A stretch of 64,000 nt of DNA, taken from assembly GCF_000315625.1 (NCBI RefSeq), contig NW_005434648.1, positions 1 through 64,000 of the forward strand, given 5' to 3'. Every line of letters begins with the position of its first letter. The stretch's first letter is position 1. A model generated the notes under the pieces. The model was not told the origin of the DNA, did no database searches, and saw nothing but the letters and a program-made list of their open reading frames with translations. The position numbers and the translations under genes were made by a program. Shown here piece by piece: positions 35,801 to 49,900 of the stretch. Source of the stretch: Guillardia theta CCMP2712 (Eukaryota; Protista; Cryptophyta).

Positions 35801-38800
35801 TCCCCTTCTTGCTGGCCTGCAGCGAAGCCACAAGCTCGTCCTCCATCCCCACATAGACTCGCTCCCGCAACTTATCGATCAGCAGCACGCAGACCTTATA
35901 GCGCTTGCCAGTGGTGACCTATGGAAACATCAACGCTCGCTCGCTCTCCTCTCCCTTCCCTCCTACTCCTCCGAAATTGTCATGCCCTTCACTTTCCTTG
36001 CAACACCTTCATCCTATCCTCTCCGTCTTTCTTTCCCGCCTCTTGCCTTCTTCACCTTGGCGCGTCCATGCAGGTGAGGAGGGCAGACGCCGACCAGGCT
36101 GCCGGGCAGCTCGAAGTGAAGCTCCTTTCCTTTCACGCCCACGCAGAGAGCCTCGACCACCTGCTCCTCTACCACTTGCCCTGCCCGCTTGCTCTCTCCC
36201 CCCTTCATCTGCGCCTCCAGTACCAGCTGCTCCGTTGCCTCCATACTCTTGAGGAACGAGGAGTCGGTTGAGAGGCAGATGGAGGGCTTCAGCGTCACCT
36301 GCTTCATCCTCAGCTCCTCTCCCTCTCCCTCTCCCTCTCCCTCTCCCTCACCCTCGACATATCCACGTATATGGTGAATTACAGGCGGCAGAGAGGGTGG
36401 CTAAATATCTTATGTCGCCCGAAGGAGCCCCGGCNNNNNNNNNNNNNNNNNNNNNNNNNNNNNNNNNNNNNNNNNNNNNNNNNNNNNNNNNNNNNNNNNN
36501 NNNNNNNNNNNNNNNNNNNNNNNNNNNNNNNNNNCTTCGCCCTCTGCTGCTCCTCGTCTACAGTCACCACGCAGCAGCGCACGCTCTGCCCCTCCTCGAA
36601 CAGACTCTGCGGGTCGTCGACATGTCCAGCTGCCAACGAGCTCGAGGGCGCCAGCGCCGTCAGCCGCCCGAGGAAGCGCACGAAAACGCCGCAGCTCTTC
36701 ACGCTGAAGACATAACCCTGCAAGAACTGCTGGGGATGCAGCTGGGCAAGGGAGGAGGGAAAGTTCTCCTCGCGCACGGCAGAGAGGAGGGAGGGCTTGA
36801 CAGTCACGAGGTACCTGCGGTCACGTGAGGGGCAGGGGGGAGGAGGCGAGGGCAACCGGCTCTTGTTGGCCAGCAGGTCGAGGACGAGGCAAGTCAGTCG
36901 AGCTTCAGGCTGCAGCTGCTGAAACGCCAAGGCCGCGAGGTTCGAGTGATCCGCAAGGTGAGGGCGAGGAAGAAAACCCACGGCTCCGTTGGCAGCACGG
37001 ACGAGTAGCGCCTCCTCCTGCTTCTCCACCACCTCCATCTCCACCAACTCCCCGACTGTGAGTCTGAAAGCACACCTCTGTCATTCAGCTGTCCTCTCCG
37101 CGCCACCTCTCCTCTCTCCCTCTCTCTTCTCTTACCTGGCGCTTGTCGCGATGATCTGAGAGTTTTCTTTGGCTGCCTTGAGGCTCAACACGATCCTCTT
37201 CCGATCAACCTCCACCGACAGCACCCGGACCTTGAGCACCTGGTCGGGCTTGAAGCAGTCCTCCACTCGCTCAGCCTCCTGCTCGATCCCAAGCTCGGAG
37301 CGAGGCAGGAAGCCCTTCGCCGTCCCGAAGAAGCTCACGAGCACGCCGCTCTCCTGCACCTTGTACACGACCCCGTGCGATAACATCCCAACCTTGGCGT
37401 CCTCCACGCGGGCAATGAGGGGAAGAGAGCTAGAGACAAGCGTCTTCTTTAGCGTGAGCAGCAGCTGCCGCGTCTGTGGATTCACCCGCAACACGCGAGC
37501 CTTGATCATCTTGCCGGGAAGGAGGCGACGCTCGGGGTTGACGAGAGCGACGTCAGCGAAGTGAGAGGAGGGGATGTAGCCGCGAACGTTGTCGGAGATT
37601 GATACGAGGCATCCCTCCTCGCTCAGTCGCTCCACCTTGACCTTCACGAGGTCCCCAGGCGTCAAGTCGTCGTACAGCAGAACCTCAGCTGCCAGCACCG
37701 AGGGCTTCATCGACATGTTGATGAGACCGTCCGCCCAGGAGAAGCCAATGACGCGGCACGAAACTTCCTTCCCCACTGCCACCTCCTTCTCCACCTTCTC
37801 CACCCGCTCGTCTGACACGTTGGAGATGTGCACGTAGCCCTCCAGGGACTCGCTCCCCTCACCCCCGAGCTGAACCTCCAGCAGCACTCCCACCTCGGGG
37901 TCGACACGGCGAACAATTGCGCCGTCAAAGCGCTGACCCATCTTGACATCGGCCTGCACGTAGGGGGGGGGGAGACTGTCAAGCACGTGACGGCGAAGCG
38001 AGAGGCCGATGCGGTTGGCTCCGACGTCGAGGGAGATAATCCTCGCGGTCACCACCTGCTTCTCGCTGAACTGCTCGACGCCCTTGCCTGAGCCAACAAG
38101 CGGGAGGTGAAAGAGATCGATGGTGCCGAAGAAGAAGTTGAGGAAGCGAACGACCAGCCCGGACTCGTGGACCTTGGCGACCTTACACTTGAAGATCATG
38201 CCCGGCAGAAGATTGTCCAGGGTCAGACTTTCAATCTCTTTCGTCAGCGAGTCTTCAAGGCTCTCTCTTTGTGTGCTTACGATGGCAAGCTTGTGCTCCT
38301 TCTTCACCTTCTTCACGTACGTCTCCAGCAGCTGCCCCACCTTGAGCTCGCCTCTTGACACTTCCTGGAAAGGAAGGAAGGCAGTTGCTTCTGAGGTTCC
38401 CAGGGAGATGGTATAGCCCTTCTCTTGCTTGGAGCTGACGGCTCCATACAGGCTCAGTCCCTTGTGCAGCGTATCGAGAGCCAGAGCTGAGTTGACTCGC
38501 GAGGGTTTGAGCGAGACTGAGATGTTCTTGTGCTGTTGCTTCCCTGCCGTCGACAGCACAGCTGTTGACAGGATGACGCAGCGTACAGGCATCCCTATCC
38601 AGATGTAATCTTCCAGTGGAGGAGCATCGGCCTCCTCGTCCTCCAGCACTTGCTCGAGCACAGCGCTCAGCTCGTCACTGATCTCGTCTATCTCTACCCA
38701 TCCTGTTAGATTGTTCGGCAGGCTGATGGTGGCATCGGCCTGACGCACTTCCTTAACAAAGCCGCAAAGAAGCATGCCGGTATTAAGTTTCTTGAAGCGA

Positions 38801-39072
38801 AGAGGCTCTATAAACTTGGGCATCTTCATGCTGTCACTGACCTCCTCCTGATGGTCGACATGACGTAGCCTCTTCTCGTCTTGTCGGCGAAGTTTCGTCC
38901 TTCTGGCTGTGGAGGCTTTCAAAGCTTTTCCCCTTCGCTTCTTGGCATCATCTTGAGCCGTTTCCCTCTTCGACTTCCCTCCAACAGAGAAGAGAGAGTG
39001 CTCTTCTCCTCCTTTTCTCCTCGCCTCACTCACTGTGCTGTTCGTGCCTCCTCTGGGGAACGACGAGGGCAT
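31702..39072 (-). CDS. RRP5: rRNA biogenesis protein RRP5 (S1 repeats plus C-terminal HAT repeats; multi-exon, spans an N gap)
   Basis: Many S1 domains and [27 protein letters not shown]...[37 protein letters not shown] and AKFLFKK. Confidence 0.95.
32715..32936. repeat. Intronic (GAGGAC/GAGGAA)n hexamer repeat
   Basis: Read directly from the sequence; lies within an RRP5 intron. Confidence 0.9.
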
Positions 39073-39915
39073 GGCGGAGAAATCCTTGGAACCCTTCTCA
39101 ACGGATTGCCTGACAAGAGACATGTCACTTGGATATCCATGGTATCCCTCAGTTTCTCTCACCTTGCATGATCCCTCCCTGTCTTTGCCTTCTTGCGTTC
39201 CGAGGCGGATGGCGATGCTGATCGTTTCATGGTCCCTTGCGACAAACAGGTGTCTACAGTACAAGAAGACTGCAAGAAGACTGACTGAACCTATCGGACT
39301 ACAGTACAGTCCCTTCACTCTCGATCTATTCTCTCTTCTTCTTCTCTTCTCTTCTCTTCTTCTCTTCTCTTCTCTTCTTCTCTTCTCTTCTCTTCTCTTC
39401 TACTCTTCGTTTGCTTTTCTCCCTCGCTCAATTCGACATTCGTTTCGTGAGGGGCACGTGCGATGAAAATAACTTTAAAAATTCGAAAATAATTTTAAAT
39501 TAAATTAAGCTTATTTTGACTTAAGCTTATTACTAAGTTAGTAGCGTTATTTCTTTTTCTTTTTTGTTTTTCTTTTGTTTTTATCCTTTTTTTTCTTTGT
39601 CAGTGGCATGAGCAAAGCGAACATCGGGAGAGGCAGAGGAGGAGGAAGGCGGAAGGGTGAGGCAGAGGAGGAAGACGGATGGGAGGGCGACATGAAGGAG
39701 TCGAGCTGAATGTGTAGAAGAGAGAAGAGAAGGAAACATGATCAACACAATCAAAGGAGACCAGAAGAAGCGAAGAGAGCAAGGACGGGGGGATAGTATG
39801 ATAACGAACAAGGCGAGGGTGAGCCCGTGAGATGCGTGGGTGAGGAAAGAGGAGTGCATGCTTTCAACGCATTCCCTGGGGCGCTAGTCAAACTTGACTC
39901 GACCTCTTCATCCCC

Positions 39916-41854
39916 ATGCAAGCTGGTCCGGTTCGAAGAATGTGGCTAGACACAAGCAGGCGAGCAGTGAGGTTGTGGGTGAAGCAGCCGAGAAGCAGGT
40001 GTGCCGCGTGCTGCTCTCACTCCCCTCCTCTCCTGTCTCATTCCTCCTTCGCTACTTCATGCTGCTCCTCGCTTCAGAGAGCCTCCATTGGCGTGCGAAG
40101 CTGTGCGCCATTCAAGTTAGTGTTCAGCGAGGTGAAGAGAGGGTTTGCGCGGGTTGAAGAGCTCAGGCGGTTCAGCTCTCAACAAGCAGAGAACAGTGGA
40201 CGACCTCAGACTCGAGGAGAAGTGTTGGAAGACAACGATCAAGAGGACGCAGGTGGTTGGCCGATGATCTCTGATGAGGCTGCTTCTTCCAACGCTATCT
40301 TAGCCATCCTGAAGAAAGCTACACCCGTGTGCGAGATCCTCTTCGACGACAACGTCATCTTCTATGACATCACTCACCGTGAGCTCGTCGAGCTGTTTGG
40401 CTTGCAACCTCGTCATCTGCGAGTCTTCACGCAGAAGCGAGCGCTGACAGGCATCATTCCCTACGAGAACATGGTTGTCTTCAAGTTTGAGCACCTCAAG
40501 GGGCTGCTCTTCTGGGATCGGATCATGGTGTTCGATGCAGACATGCCGTCAGTGCAGGCCTTCACTCTAACGCTACGGGCAAGCATCAGGAGGAACGAGT
40601 TGATCCAAGAGAGACTGAAGCAACCCTTCGAGCTCGTCGTGCTCGAGTGCCTCCTGGACGAGCTGGCAGTCTACTACGAGTCCTCCTTCAGCCGGCTCTA
40701 CTACTTGATCAACCTGCACCTCGACAAGATTACCTCGGGACAGGGAGACGACGTGAGAGAAGATGGGCTTTACAAGCTTCTACCATTGGAGCACAGGATG
40801 TCCTCGCTGCAAGTCCGACTCGATCGAGCTTTCAAGACTTTGGACCAGCTGCTTGCTACCGACGAAGACATGGCTGCTTGCTACTTGACCTTCAGGCATG
40901 AGCAGGGAGAACCAGCCCCGCCTGATGAGCACATGCAAGTCGAGCTGATCATGGAGACGTACAGGACAAGAATGGAAGATCTGCTCGATCGCATTGCCGA
41001 GGTGTTTCGTCAGATCGAGTCAACACGCACAGTATTCGCCCTCTCACTCGACAACACGAGGAATCGTATCGCCCGGATGGACCTGAGCCTCACCATGGGC
41101 GCCGTCTCCCTCAGCTTCTCGATGGCCATCGCGGGATTCTTTGGCATGAACATCACACATGGCTACGAGCATCATCCGCCCCTCGTGTTCTGGTCCGTCA
41201 TGGGATTGGGGGTCGTCGGCTCGATGGCGATTTTTCATCTGTGCCGCAAGCAACTCGCATCGATGCGATCGACACAGAACAACAGGATGCGAGACTTCCG
41301 TGTGTTCAAGAGCGTCTTGGAGAATCTTGATCAGGTGCACTACCTCCTGCGACGCGACACGGACCTCAGCCATAGGTCTGTCACTCAGGCCCGAGCTCTG
41401 CCTCGTCCCCCTGCTCATTCGCTTTCAGGATCGTCAAGGGCGGCAAACTGACAAAAGACGAGCTGAAGAAGATGCTCTCGTCTATCCCGGACAAACAGCA
41501 TGATGCAATCGTGGGGGCAGGAGCAGTCTCGAAAGAAGAAGTAGATCTGCTCTATGAGGTACATGTGCTTCCGCTTCCTGGCTCTGTTGCACTTGTGACT
41601 GTCGTTTCCCTCAAGATCCTCAACACCAACAAGGACGGGCTTGTGGAGAGATCCGACTTCTTGGAGGAGGTAGTAGATGCTTCTTCAAATATCGCCTGAC
41701 TTGCTTCCAAGCTTGCTCACTGGGCCACCATGAAGGACACGAAGAAGGGAGGTCAGCCGCTGTCAACCCTTTCATGTTGTCTCACGTTGCTGCAGATGTT
41801 GGCAGACACATGCTTCCTCAGCACAAGATATCGTCTGACAGGAGATTTCAATAG
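39916..41854 (+). CDS. MRS2: MRS2/CorA-family magnesium channel with a C-terminal EF-hand pair; N-terminus resembles a mitochondrial presequence
   Basis: PFELVVLECLL, LLATDEDMAACYLT, LDNTRNRI, the AGFFGMN signature and two TMs. The spliced tail reads GKLTKDELKKML...SKEEVDLLYEILNTNKDGLVERSDF. Confidence 0.88.
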
Positions 41855-42013
41855 AGCATGTCTGACTGAGTACAAGTCCCTATAACATATAGTCTGATAG
41901 CTGGCTTATGACAGGAACTAGTCTTTTCTGCTCCCATCTTCTCCTTCTTCCTCCCTCCTTCCCTCTCTCCCTCGTTGCGACCTCAAATGAGCCAGCAGGT
42001 CGGCCAGCTGGAC

Positions 42014-43254
42014 TCACTTGGTCACGCCCACCTGATGTTCAGAGTCACAAGGCAGGCAGCAGCAGGAGAGACCAGACCTCAGCAGGGCGGAGAACGCGGT
42101 CGTGAATCATGTAGCCTGACTTGACCACAGCCCCGACCACACCCTGCGAGAATTTCAGCAAAGAGAAGCAAAGCCGACCTGTCCTCCACCTTCTCTTGCC
42201 CTTCTCCTGCTGGCATCTCGAAGAGAGCTGAATGCAAGTTGGGGTCGAACTTCTCGCCCATGGGGCTGTACTTGGTGATCTTGTGCGAGTAAGACGCAAA
42301 GCACACAAGGAAGAAGCTTACGTGCGAGTCCGAAAGAGACTTGAGGAAAACTTTTTCTATCAGCTCCAGTCCGTCGTAAACCTACCAAACCATGACTCTA
42401 CGTGCAGACCTTTTCCCCTCCTGACCTGCTTCAAGTCTTCGTTCTCCTTGAGTTTCTCTGCCGGTACCGCCTGGCGCATATCACCATCTCCATCTGCTCG
42501 TCCATGACTTCACCTGAAGTGCCTTTTCCAGACAGTCCGCAACCTCCAGCATTCCTTTAGCGAACCCTCGCACCTGCTCTGTTCTAAGCAAGAGCCCTGG
42601 CAGAGATGCGATTACCGCAAACTTCTTATCTTCTTCAGACCGAATCCTCATTTGCGTTCTCATGTTCTCGACGTCGGCGAGGTAAGTGAGGACCCTGAGG
42701 AGAAGCTATGAGGACGTCAAGGATCTCGCAGGCTCTCACTTGTTCTTCAGCTCCTTCGTTTCTCCATTGAGCTTTGCAATCTCCTCATCCTTGGACTTCA
42801 ACTGAAGTCTCCAGTTAAAGAGAATCGCTGAAGAGGAGGGAGAGAATCGAATTTCTCGCCTGAGCTGTCAGGTCCCCTTTGTCCTTTGCTCCTTCACTTC
42901 CCTGCTCCTCATTCTTTCCGTTGCTGTTCTTCTGGTCTTGTTCGGTCTTCACGTCATTCTGACTTTTATCCTTCTCCTCAGAGTCTTGTGTTTGCTTTGA
43001 ACCTGAACACATCGAGCGAAGCTGCTGCGACTGCCATGCAGGCAGCGCGATGATTGAATCAGCTCTGCAATGCTGTGCACGCGTCACACAAACAGTGTCA
43101 AAAAGTTTGCTTTCACCATGTAGCGAAATTCATTCATCGCCGATCTGTTTGCATGCAGTGGTGCAGATGTCGCAGCACGCACATTTCTGGTGATCGCAAT
43201 AGAAACGATTCTTGTCGGCTGTTTCAGCAGTTGCTTGGCAAAGGATGCAATCAT
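42014..43254 (-). CDS. GRPE: Mitochondrial GrpE nucleotide exchange factor (multi-exon)
   Basis: Basic presequence, LADVENMR, FAKGMLEVADCLEKAL, GEKFDPNLHSALF and SGYMIHDRVLRPAE|VGVTK*. Confidence 0.9.
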
Positions 43255-44047
43255 TGGACAAAACTTCATGCATATCAGTTCGAAATGTAACAATCGGATC
43301 CATGACAAAGGATTGATTCTTGCCTTCTCGATCTACTCAAAACTACCTCCTCTACGTGTCATCCTACACAACTGCCCTCATATCTTCCCCTCTCCTGCTG
43401 CTTTTCTATACTTTAGCGTACTTCTCCTTCCTCTTCGTCTCCCTCCCATCTCCTGCTGTTCACACTTCTTTGCCGTCCTCCCTCTCCTCCAATCTTCCTT
43501 TTCTCGCATCTCCCTGCATGCCCTGCATCTTCTTCCTCTCCTCCCTCCTCTCCCTCCTCTTCTCGCCCCTCCTCTCCTCTCTCCTCTCCCTCCTCTTCTC
43601 GCCCTCTCGCAGTTTGTTTCGCTTCTGCCATCTTCTCTGGCCTCTTGTGCTCACGAGAGCGTGAGTTCTGCCCCACGCCGACGCTATTCCGAGGACTATC
43701 TGCTGGTGCTGCCCTCCGCCTCGCTTACCTCTTGCGTGATCCGAGTCAGCAACCCCAAGGCAACACCGGGAAACCAGATAGCAAGCGAACCATGCAGAAT
43801 GAACTGACGCGACAGCCGAGAGCAGGAGAAGGCGATGAAGAAGGAGGAAGAGGAAGATGATGACAGACAGACATAGACATAGACATAGACATAGACATAG
43901 ACATAGAGTGCAGTGAGGTGAGGACCTGACAGGGATGGAAAGGAGATGGAGCAAGGGAGAGTGCCTGTGATTGAAAGTTCATGTTCTAAAGAGTAGAATG
44001 AAGAAGCAGTAAGACGGAATGCTTGACTCGCTTGTCTGTCAGTCCGG

Positions 44048-46721
44048 ATGTCCGCCAGTGAAGCCGTACCAGAGTCTGTGGCCAACAGGATCCCAGACTT
44101 GAACTTGCAACTGCGATCAATCTCTTCGCTAGAGGTCAGTCAGAGGTCAAAGCCCAAGGCCAGCGCTCTCACGCCCGAGGTTCATCAAGTCATGTCCATC
44201 ATTTGCTGACGGGCGTGCAGGCAAGCCATGACTTCTCTCAAGACCCTGAGGTCCCTGCAGTCGATCTCAGCAAACTACCAGCGAAAGGATCGGAGTTTGA
44301 GGTGCTGCCGATGCTTGTCGAGCACAAGGGATGGCCCTGCCAGTTGCTCTTCGACGTTCACTCGTGGATCCTTCACACCCCCAACCTGGAGAATCACAAT
44401 AGAAAGCCTGGAATCCGCGTCATCCTAGCCAAAGCTGAGACGCACGGGCCCAAGACAACGCCATACACCATCTACGTGATGCATGTGAAGACAGCCTTCT
44501 CTGTGCGAGGAATCAGCCGGAGATTCTCAGACTTCAAGAAGCTCGACGAAGAGCTGCGACAGGTCAAGCGATCTGCCCCGCCGCTGCCTCGCAAGAAAGT
44601 CTTCGGGAAGATGGCGCCCAAGTTCATCAACGAGCGAATGAAGCAACTGCAGAGCTACGTCGACGCGATCATGCGTGACCCAGCCTGCGCCAGCAGCCCT
44701 CCCTTCCGAGCGTTCCTTGAGACCAGAGGACATGCGATAGAGGAAGACATCCTCGACAAGGTGCAGCTGTCTCGTGACAACGTCGACGTCGGCATCCTCT
44801 TTCCTCCCTGGCGACTTGCCACTGGCACGCGGGTGGAAGCCGTTCAAGGGCTGGTCGAGCGATCCAAGGGGCTCAAGGACGTGCGGCAGCAAGCCCGGGC
44901 GCTGAACCAGCTGGCGATGGTGCACAGGGAGGAGGGAGACATCGGGCAGGGGCTGGAAGCGATTCGACAAGCCGTTGGGTGCTGCCGTCAAGTGGACGAG
45001 GACGTCGGTCTGCTGTGCTGCTCTCAAACATGGGCAGCCTTTCATTTTCAGAGAGGTCATCGCCTCCTCCACTTTCTCGTCACTTCTACTCCTCCACATC
45101 ATCATCATCATCATCTCCATCATCATCATCATCATCATCATCTCCATCATCCTCCTCATTTGCTTTTCCAGGCGAACATGCTTTGGCAGAGCTTCGCTTG
45201 CGAGAGGCACAAAAACTCGCAGCAGGTACAAACATCAGCTTGTTCTTCATCAACTCTGACACTCGACAGACTACGGTGATGTCTCCGGACAAGCTCTCTG
45301 CCACTACTCGCTCGCCATGGTGAAGTGCAGTCGAGGAGGCATCGCAGAGGCAGGCAAGGACTTCACCTGCGCCGCTGAGCTCTTCGTCAACATCAAGGAG
45401 TATGGTCTCGCAGCCCTCAGCCTCTTCGTACTAGGTTGTATCCTCTTGCAGAACGGCGAAGTGAGGCAGGCGGTAGAAGTGCTGGAGAGTAGCTTGCTGC
45501 TACGAAGAAGGTGAGGGAAGGGAGTGGATGAGGAAAGGGGGCGGAGGGAGAGGCTGAACGAGAGGCTGAATGCATGGCAGGGCCAAGGAGAAGATCGGGC
45601 TCGCAGAGACTCTCTGTGCTCTCGGTCAAGCTTTCGCAGAGATCGGATATCAGCTGCATGCCATGGACTACTTCAATCAAGCTCTTGCTCTCTGCCAGGC
45701 CTGAGACCTCCCGCCATTGCTGACCACAACCATGACGCGCATTCTGCAGGAAGTGGGGGACCGGGAGGGAGAGGCGGTCTGCCTGCGTCATCTGGGCGTC
45801 GTACATCACCTGCACGGCAAGGGAGGGAGGGGAGGAAGGAGAGGGAGTGAGAGCTGCGGCAGGAGACCATCAGGAGGCTGCTCGGGTCCTCACGGCCAGC
45901 CTGCAGATGTCCACGAGCAGAGGCGACGCGGAGGAGCAGGCCTTGTGTCACGAGAGCATCGCTGCTGTCCAGCTGGACCTGGGGGACCCCAGGATGGCGA
46001 CGATGCACTTGGAGGAAGCGCTGGCTTTGTCGGAGGCGTTGGTGGAGGAGGTGAGAGGCTGTTCCTGTGAGCAGCTGATGCTTTGACAGCACCGCCATGT
46101 CGAGGAGCCACAAGAACCCGCAGACCCGCACGATCCGGGGGCAGCAGGGGGCGAGAGCAGCGGGGGAAGCAGAAGATCGCAGGTAAAGCTCGAACGGATC
46201 CAACAGAAGCTCGAGGAAGCCAAGAGATTTTGCGTGACGGGCACATCGAACGGGGAGGATGGAGCGGTGAGGTGCTGCCTGCCGCCCCGCCCTCGCTGAT
46301 CGTCCTGCAAGGTTGTTTCGCTTCAGACGGAGAGGGCCGACGAATGGAAGAGGTGAAGCGAGGGAGGAGGAGGAGGAGGAGGAGCTGACGGCTGCCAGGC
46401 TTGAGGACGAGGAGATCGTAAAGGTGCCGCTGAGTATCAGGAGAGAAGATGGGGAAAAGGCGGAAGGACCCAAATTTCCTCTCAAGTTTAAGCTGAAGAT
46501 GCCTGGTGAGACCATTAGTAAACGCAAGCAGAGCAGAGAAGAGCGAGAAGAGAGCAAGGAGCAGCATGGTGACTTTAAATTCAGGACAAGAGCTTGCCTC
46601 GCACTTCAAGTTTCTTCAGGTCTGATGGCGGAGGAGCTTGTTGAGGATTGACAGGCTGGCAGTCTTGGAGCGTTCACAAGAAATACTACGAGAGAGCAGA
46701 AGCAGACTGAGACGAAGATAA
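44048..46721 (+). CDS. PX-domain plus TPR-repeat protein (multi-exon, ends approximate)
   Basis: PX motif YTIYV...RRFSDFKKL...PPLPRKKVFG...FINERMKQLQSY...FRAFL, followed by TPR-like helices (ARALNQLAMVHREEG, EAVCLRHLGVVH, AAVQLDLG). Confidence 0.75.
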
Positions 46722-46994
46722 AGTCTACCTAAACTACCTGAGCTAAACCTCCTCATGCTTCCCGCTTCTTAGAAGCCCCAGCCCACACTGAGCGAGGAGT
46801 CCTGCTCAGCAGCACGCTCGCTGCTTCCCCAGATGTGTCGATGCTCGTGCCGCGCTCACGGGCAGGACATACTTGATCAAGTCAAAGCATGTCAACTACT
46901 GTTATCTTCAGAATTAACTCTCATGGTGTCAAGCAGGAATGGCAGGGACAGCGCAACACACAGAGATTCCGAAATTCCGTCATTGATACAGCCG

Positions 46995-49900
46995 ATCGGT
47001 AGTATAGTTTTACTCGCATAAGGTAAAAATATCTCTAGCAGAAGAAAGCAGCAACAAGCAAGATCGTCATGCATCACAGTCGGGGATCGTCGGTCTCGAC
47101 GGCAGGTACCCACGTGCAGGTCTTGCTTGTTCCAGGGGCCTAAGAGTTTTACTCTGACAAGGTAACAAAAGCTTCAAGATCATGTACACAGCGCACAGCG
47201 AGGAGCTGTACAAACACACACAAAAAACAAGACCAAAATGCGAGTCTCGAGCTACCACCCCCTCAAGGCCTTCCCGCACCGCTTCGGGTGTCTCCGGAGA
47301 GCCTCTCGACACCACTGGGGTGCTTGCTGCTGGTCCGAGCTCGCCTGCTTCCTCCCCGGCATCGGTCGGGTCACGCCGGTCCTTGGGCATTGCTGCGGCG
47401 TCGCCGCCGTCACGGGCGGTGTTGGTTTCGGCTACCGCTGACTCGGAGGCTAGCGAGGAGGACTACCTCGAGCGGTACCGTGTTCCTGTGTCCAGCCTCC
47501 CTCCGTCCGCTGCCCCAGGCGGACCCCCGGGCAACGCCGGCTCCTTGTCGGCGGCCCGGAGGCTGCCCTTTCTCCGTCCGCGGCCGCCCGCTTTGTGGCG
47601 GCAGCGGACGTCTCGACTGACAGTGGTCAGTCGGCTGCCTCCGGGTATCGCGTCTAAGGGAAATTATTCCTCCTGCATGCTCCTGCTGCTTGTTGCTTGA
47701 TTCTGCGCGGCTTCGCGCTTGGGCTGGCGATGCCGCGTCTGGTTGCCAGCAGTGCTGGTTCTTTTCGGGCTTGTGTTTTGTGTGTGATTGTGCAGCTTGT
47801 CGCTGTGCGCTGTGTGCCTGGAGGTTTAGCTTGTTCCTGCTTTGTTTTGCTTGAGGCACTTTTTACCTTCTGCCAGTAAATCCTATGATCAGTTCCTCCT
47901 GCATGCTCCTGCTGCTTGTTGCTTGATTGCCTGACCCTTAGGCTGCTTGTCTGCGCGGCTTCGCGCTTGGGCTGGCGCTGCCGCGTCTGGTTGCCAGCAG
48001 TGCTGGTTCTTTTCGGGCTTGTGTTTTGTGTGTGATTGTGCAGCTTCTCGCTGTGAACTGTGTGCCTGGAGGTTTAGCTTGTTCCTGCTTTATTTTGCTT
48101 GAGGCTCTTTTTACCTTCTGCCAGTAAATCCATTGGCCAGTAAATCCTATCTCCCCAGATGAAGCGGAGGGTGTCAGGATGCAGAAAGCCGTCCGTCGAG
48201 ATGGCAAGAGGGATGAACGCTCGAGGACAGTAGGATTTACTAGGAGGAGTCTCTCTAGGACTGTTTACTCGCAGAAGGTAAAAAGGAGTAGTCATGGCAT
48301 ATCCAGCGCGATGTTTGCGAATCTTCTCAGATGCTGCTACAATGCTGAGAGAGGCTGCAACTTGGAGGGCGTCGAGGTTGACATCCCCCCACTTGGTCAG
48401 GTCGGCAGAGCGACCAATGTAGGGAATGAAGCCAACGGATTTTCTGGCAGAAGGTAAAACAAGCAAAACCAAGCAGGAACAAGCGAAACATGCTTGCACA
48501 CAGCGCACAGCGAGAAGCTGCACAAACACAGACAAAACACAAGCCCGAAAAGAACCAACCGTCAGCAGACCCGGCACCGCCAGCCCACGCGCGAAGCCGC
48601 GCAGACAAGCAGCCAGTAAATCCTATTCGCGATTCGCTCATTTCTTGACCAGCACTTCCTCTCGTCACGGCGTCTCACCCTCGAGCGATTCAGTTCGGAC
48701 TCGATCGAGACGGCTGTCTGAAGTTCTCGCAAACCGCGTCAGCGCTCCTGCCCACACATGAACACGGTACCGCTCGAGGTAGTCCTCCTCGCTAGCCTCC
48801 GAGTCAGCGGTAGCCGAGTCAGCGGTAGCCGCCCGTGACGGCGGCGACGCCGCGGCAATGCCCAAGGACCGGCGTGACCCGACCGATGCCGGTGAGGAAG
48901 CAGGCGAGCTCGGACCAGCAGCAAGCACCCCAGTGGTGTCGAGAGGCTCTCCGGAGGCACCCGACGTCACAGTGAAGCGACGAATCTGTGACTGGACCCG
49001 CGGGAGAAACGGAGATGACCCCTGGAGGAAGAAGCGCAGCTTCTGGAGATGGCTCGCCCTCACCAGCGTCTTGAACATGAAGCCATGCTGGACGAGCCCG
49101 AGCTTCGAGAGCTCTTCGTTGAGGGTAGAAACCTTCGCTCGGAGCTGACTAGCATGAAATCCATCCGTGCCGATAGGCAGGCCGCCAAGTGTAATCCCGC
49201 CAGTGATATGGAGGAACAGGGGGTGGATACTGTGGCAGAAAAATACGCTGGAGGGGACATCGCCCTGACAGACGCCCGAGGTACACTGAAGAACGGAGGC
49301 TGACTGACTTTTGTGAAAGAGTCGAAGGTCAGCAGAGTCTCGATAGTAGCTGGATAGGTAGGAGGCGAACAAACGGAGATGCTCGCAAGAGGGCAAGCTT
49401 GCGCCTTCAGTGATGCTCCCATCAAAGTAGTCGCGACTCGCACGTCCCTCGATTGCATCGAAGAGAGCCTGGCGGTCGAGGGAGTTGAAGGCGTTCTTTG
49501 CATCCAAACTCACCAGCACTGTGGGGTTGGCAACATCCTCATCATCACCGCGAGCGTGAAGCCAGCCTCCCTCCGTCCGCTGCCCCAGGCGGACCCCCGG
49601 GCAACGCCGGCTCCTTGTCGGCGGCTGCCCTTTCTCCGTCCGCGGCCGCCCGCTTTGTGGCGGCGGTCAGCGGACGTCTCGACTGACAGTGGTCAGTCGG
49701 CTGCCTCCGGGTATCGCGCCTAAGGGATTTTCTTCCTCCTGCATGCTCCTGCTGCTTGTTGCTTGATTGCTTGACCCTTAGGCTGCTTGTCTGCGCGGCT
49801 TCGCGCTTGGGCTGGCGATGCCGCGTCTGGGTGCCAGCAGTGCTGGTTCTTTTCGGGCTTGTGTTTTGTGTGTGTTTGTGCAGCTTCTCGCTGTGGACTG

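Noticed and set aside
36355-36434. Compositionally odd ~80 bp inside RRP5 next to the N gap
   Set aside because: It is too short and abuts an assembly gap, so it is likely low-quality contig-end sequence.
37132-39318. RRP5 start at 39318 as in the ORF track
   Set aside because: The MPSSFPRGG start at 39072 matches the usual RRP5 N-terminus better.
39466-39600. AT-rich palindromic stretch between RRP5 and MRS2
   Set aside because: It is plausibly part of a divergent promoter, but low complexity explains the palindromes and there is no further support.
47861-47886. Terminal motif as a U5 snRNA loop or spliced-leader target
   Set aside because: It lacks the GCCTTTTAC loop and Sm-site context, and it sits consistently at the end of the element 3' UTR.
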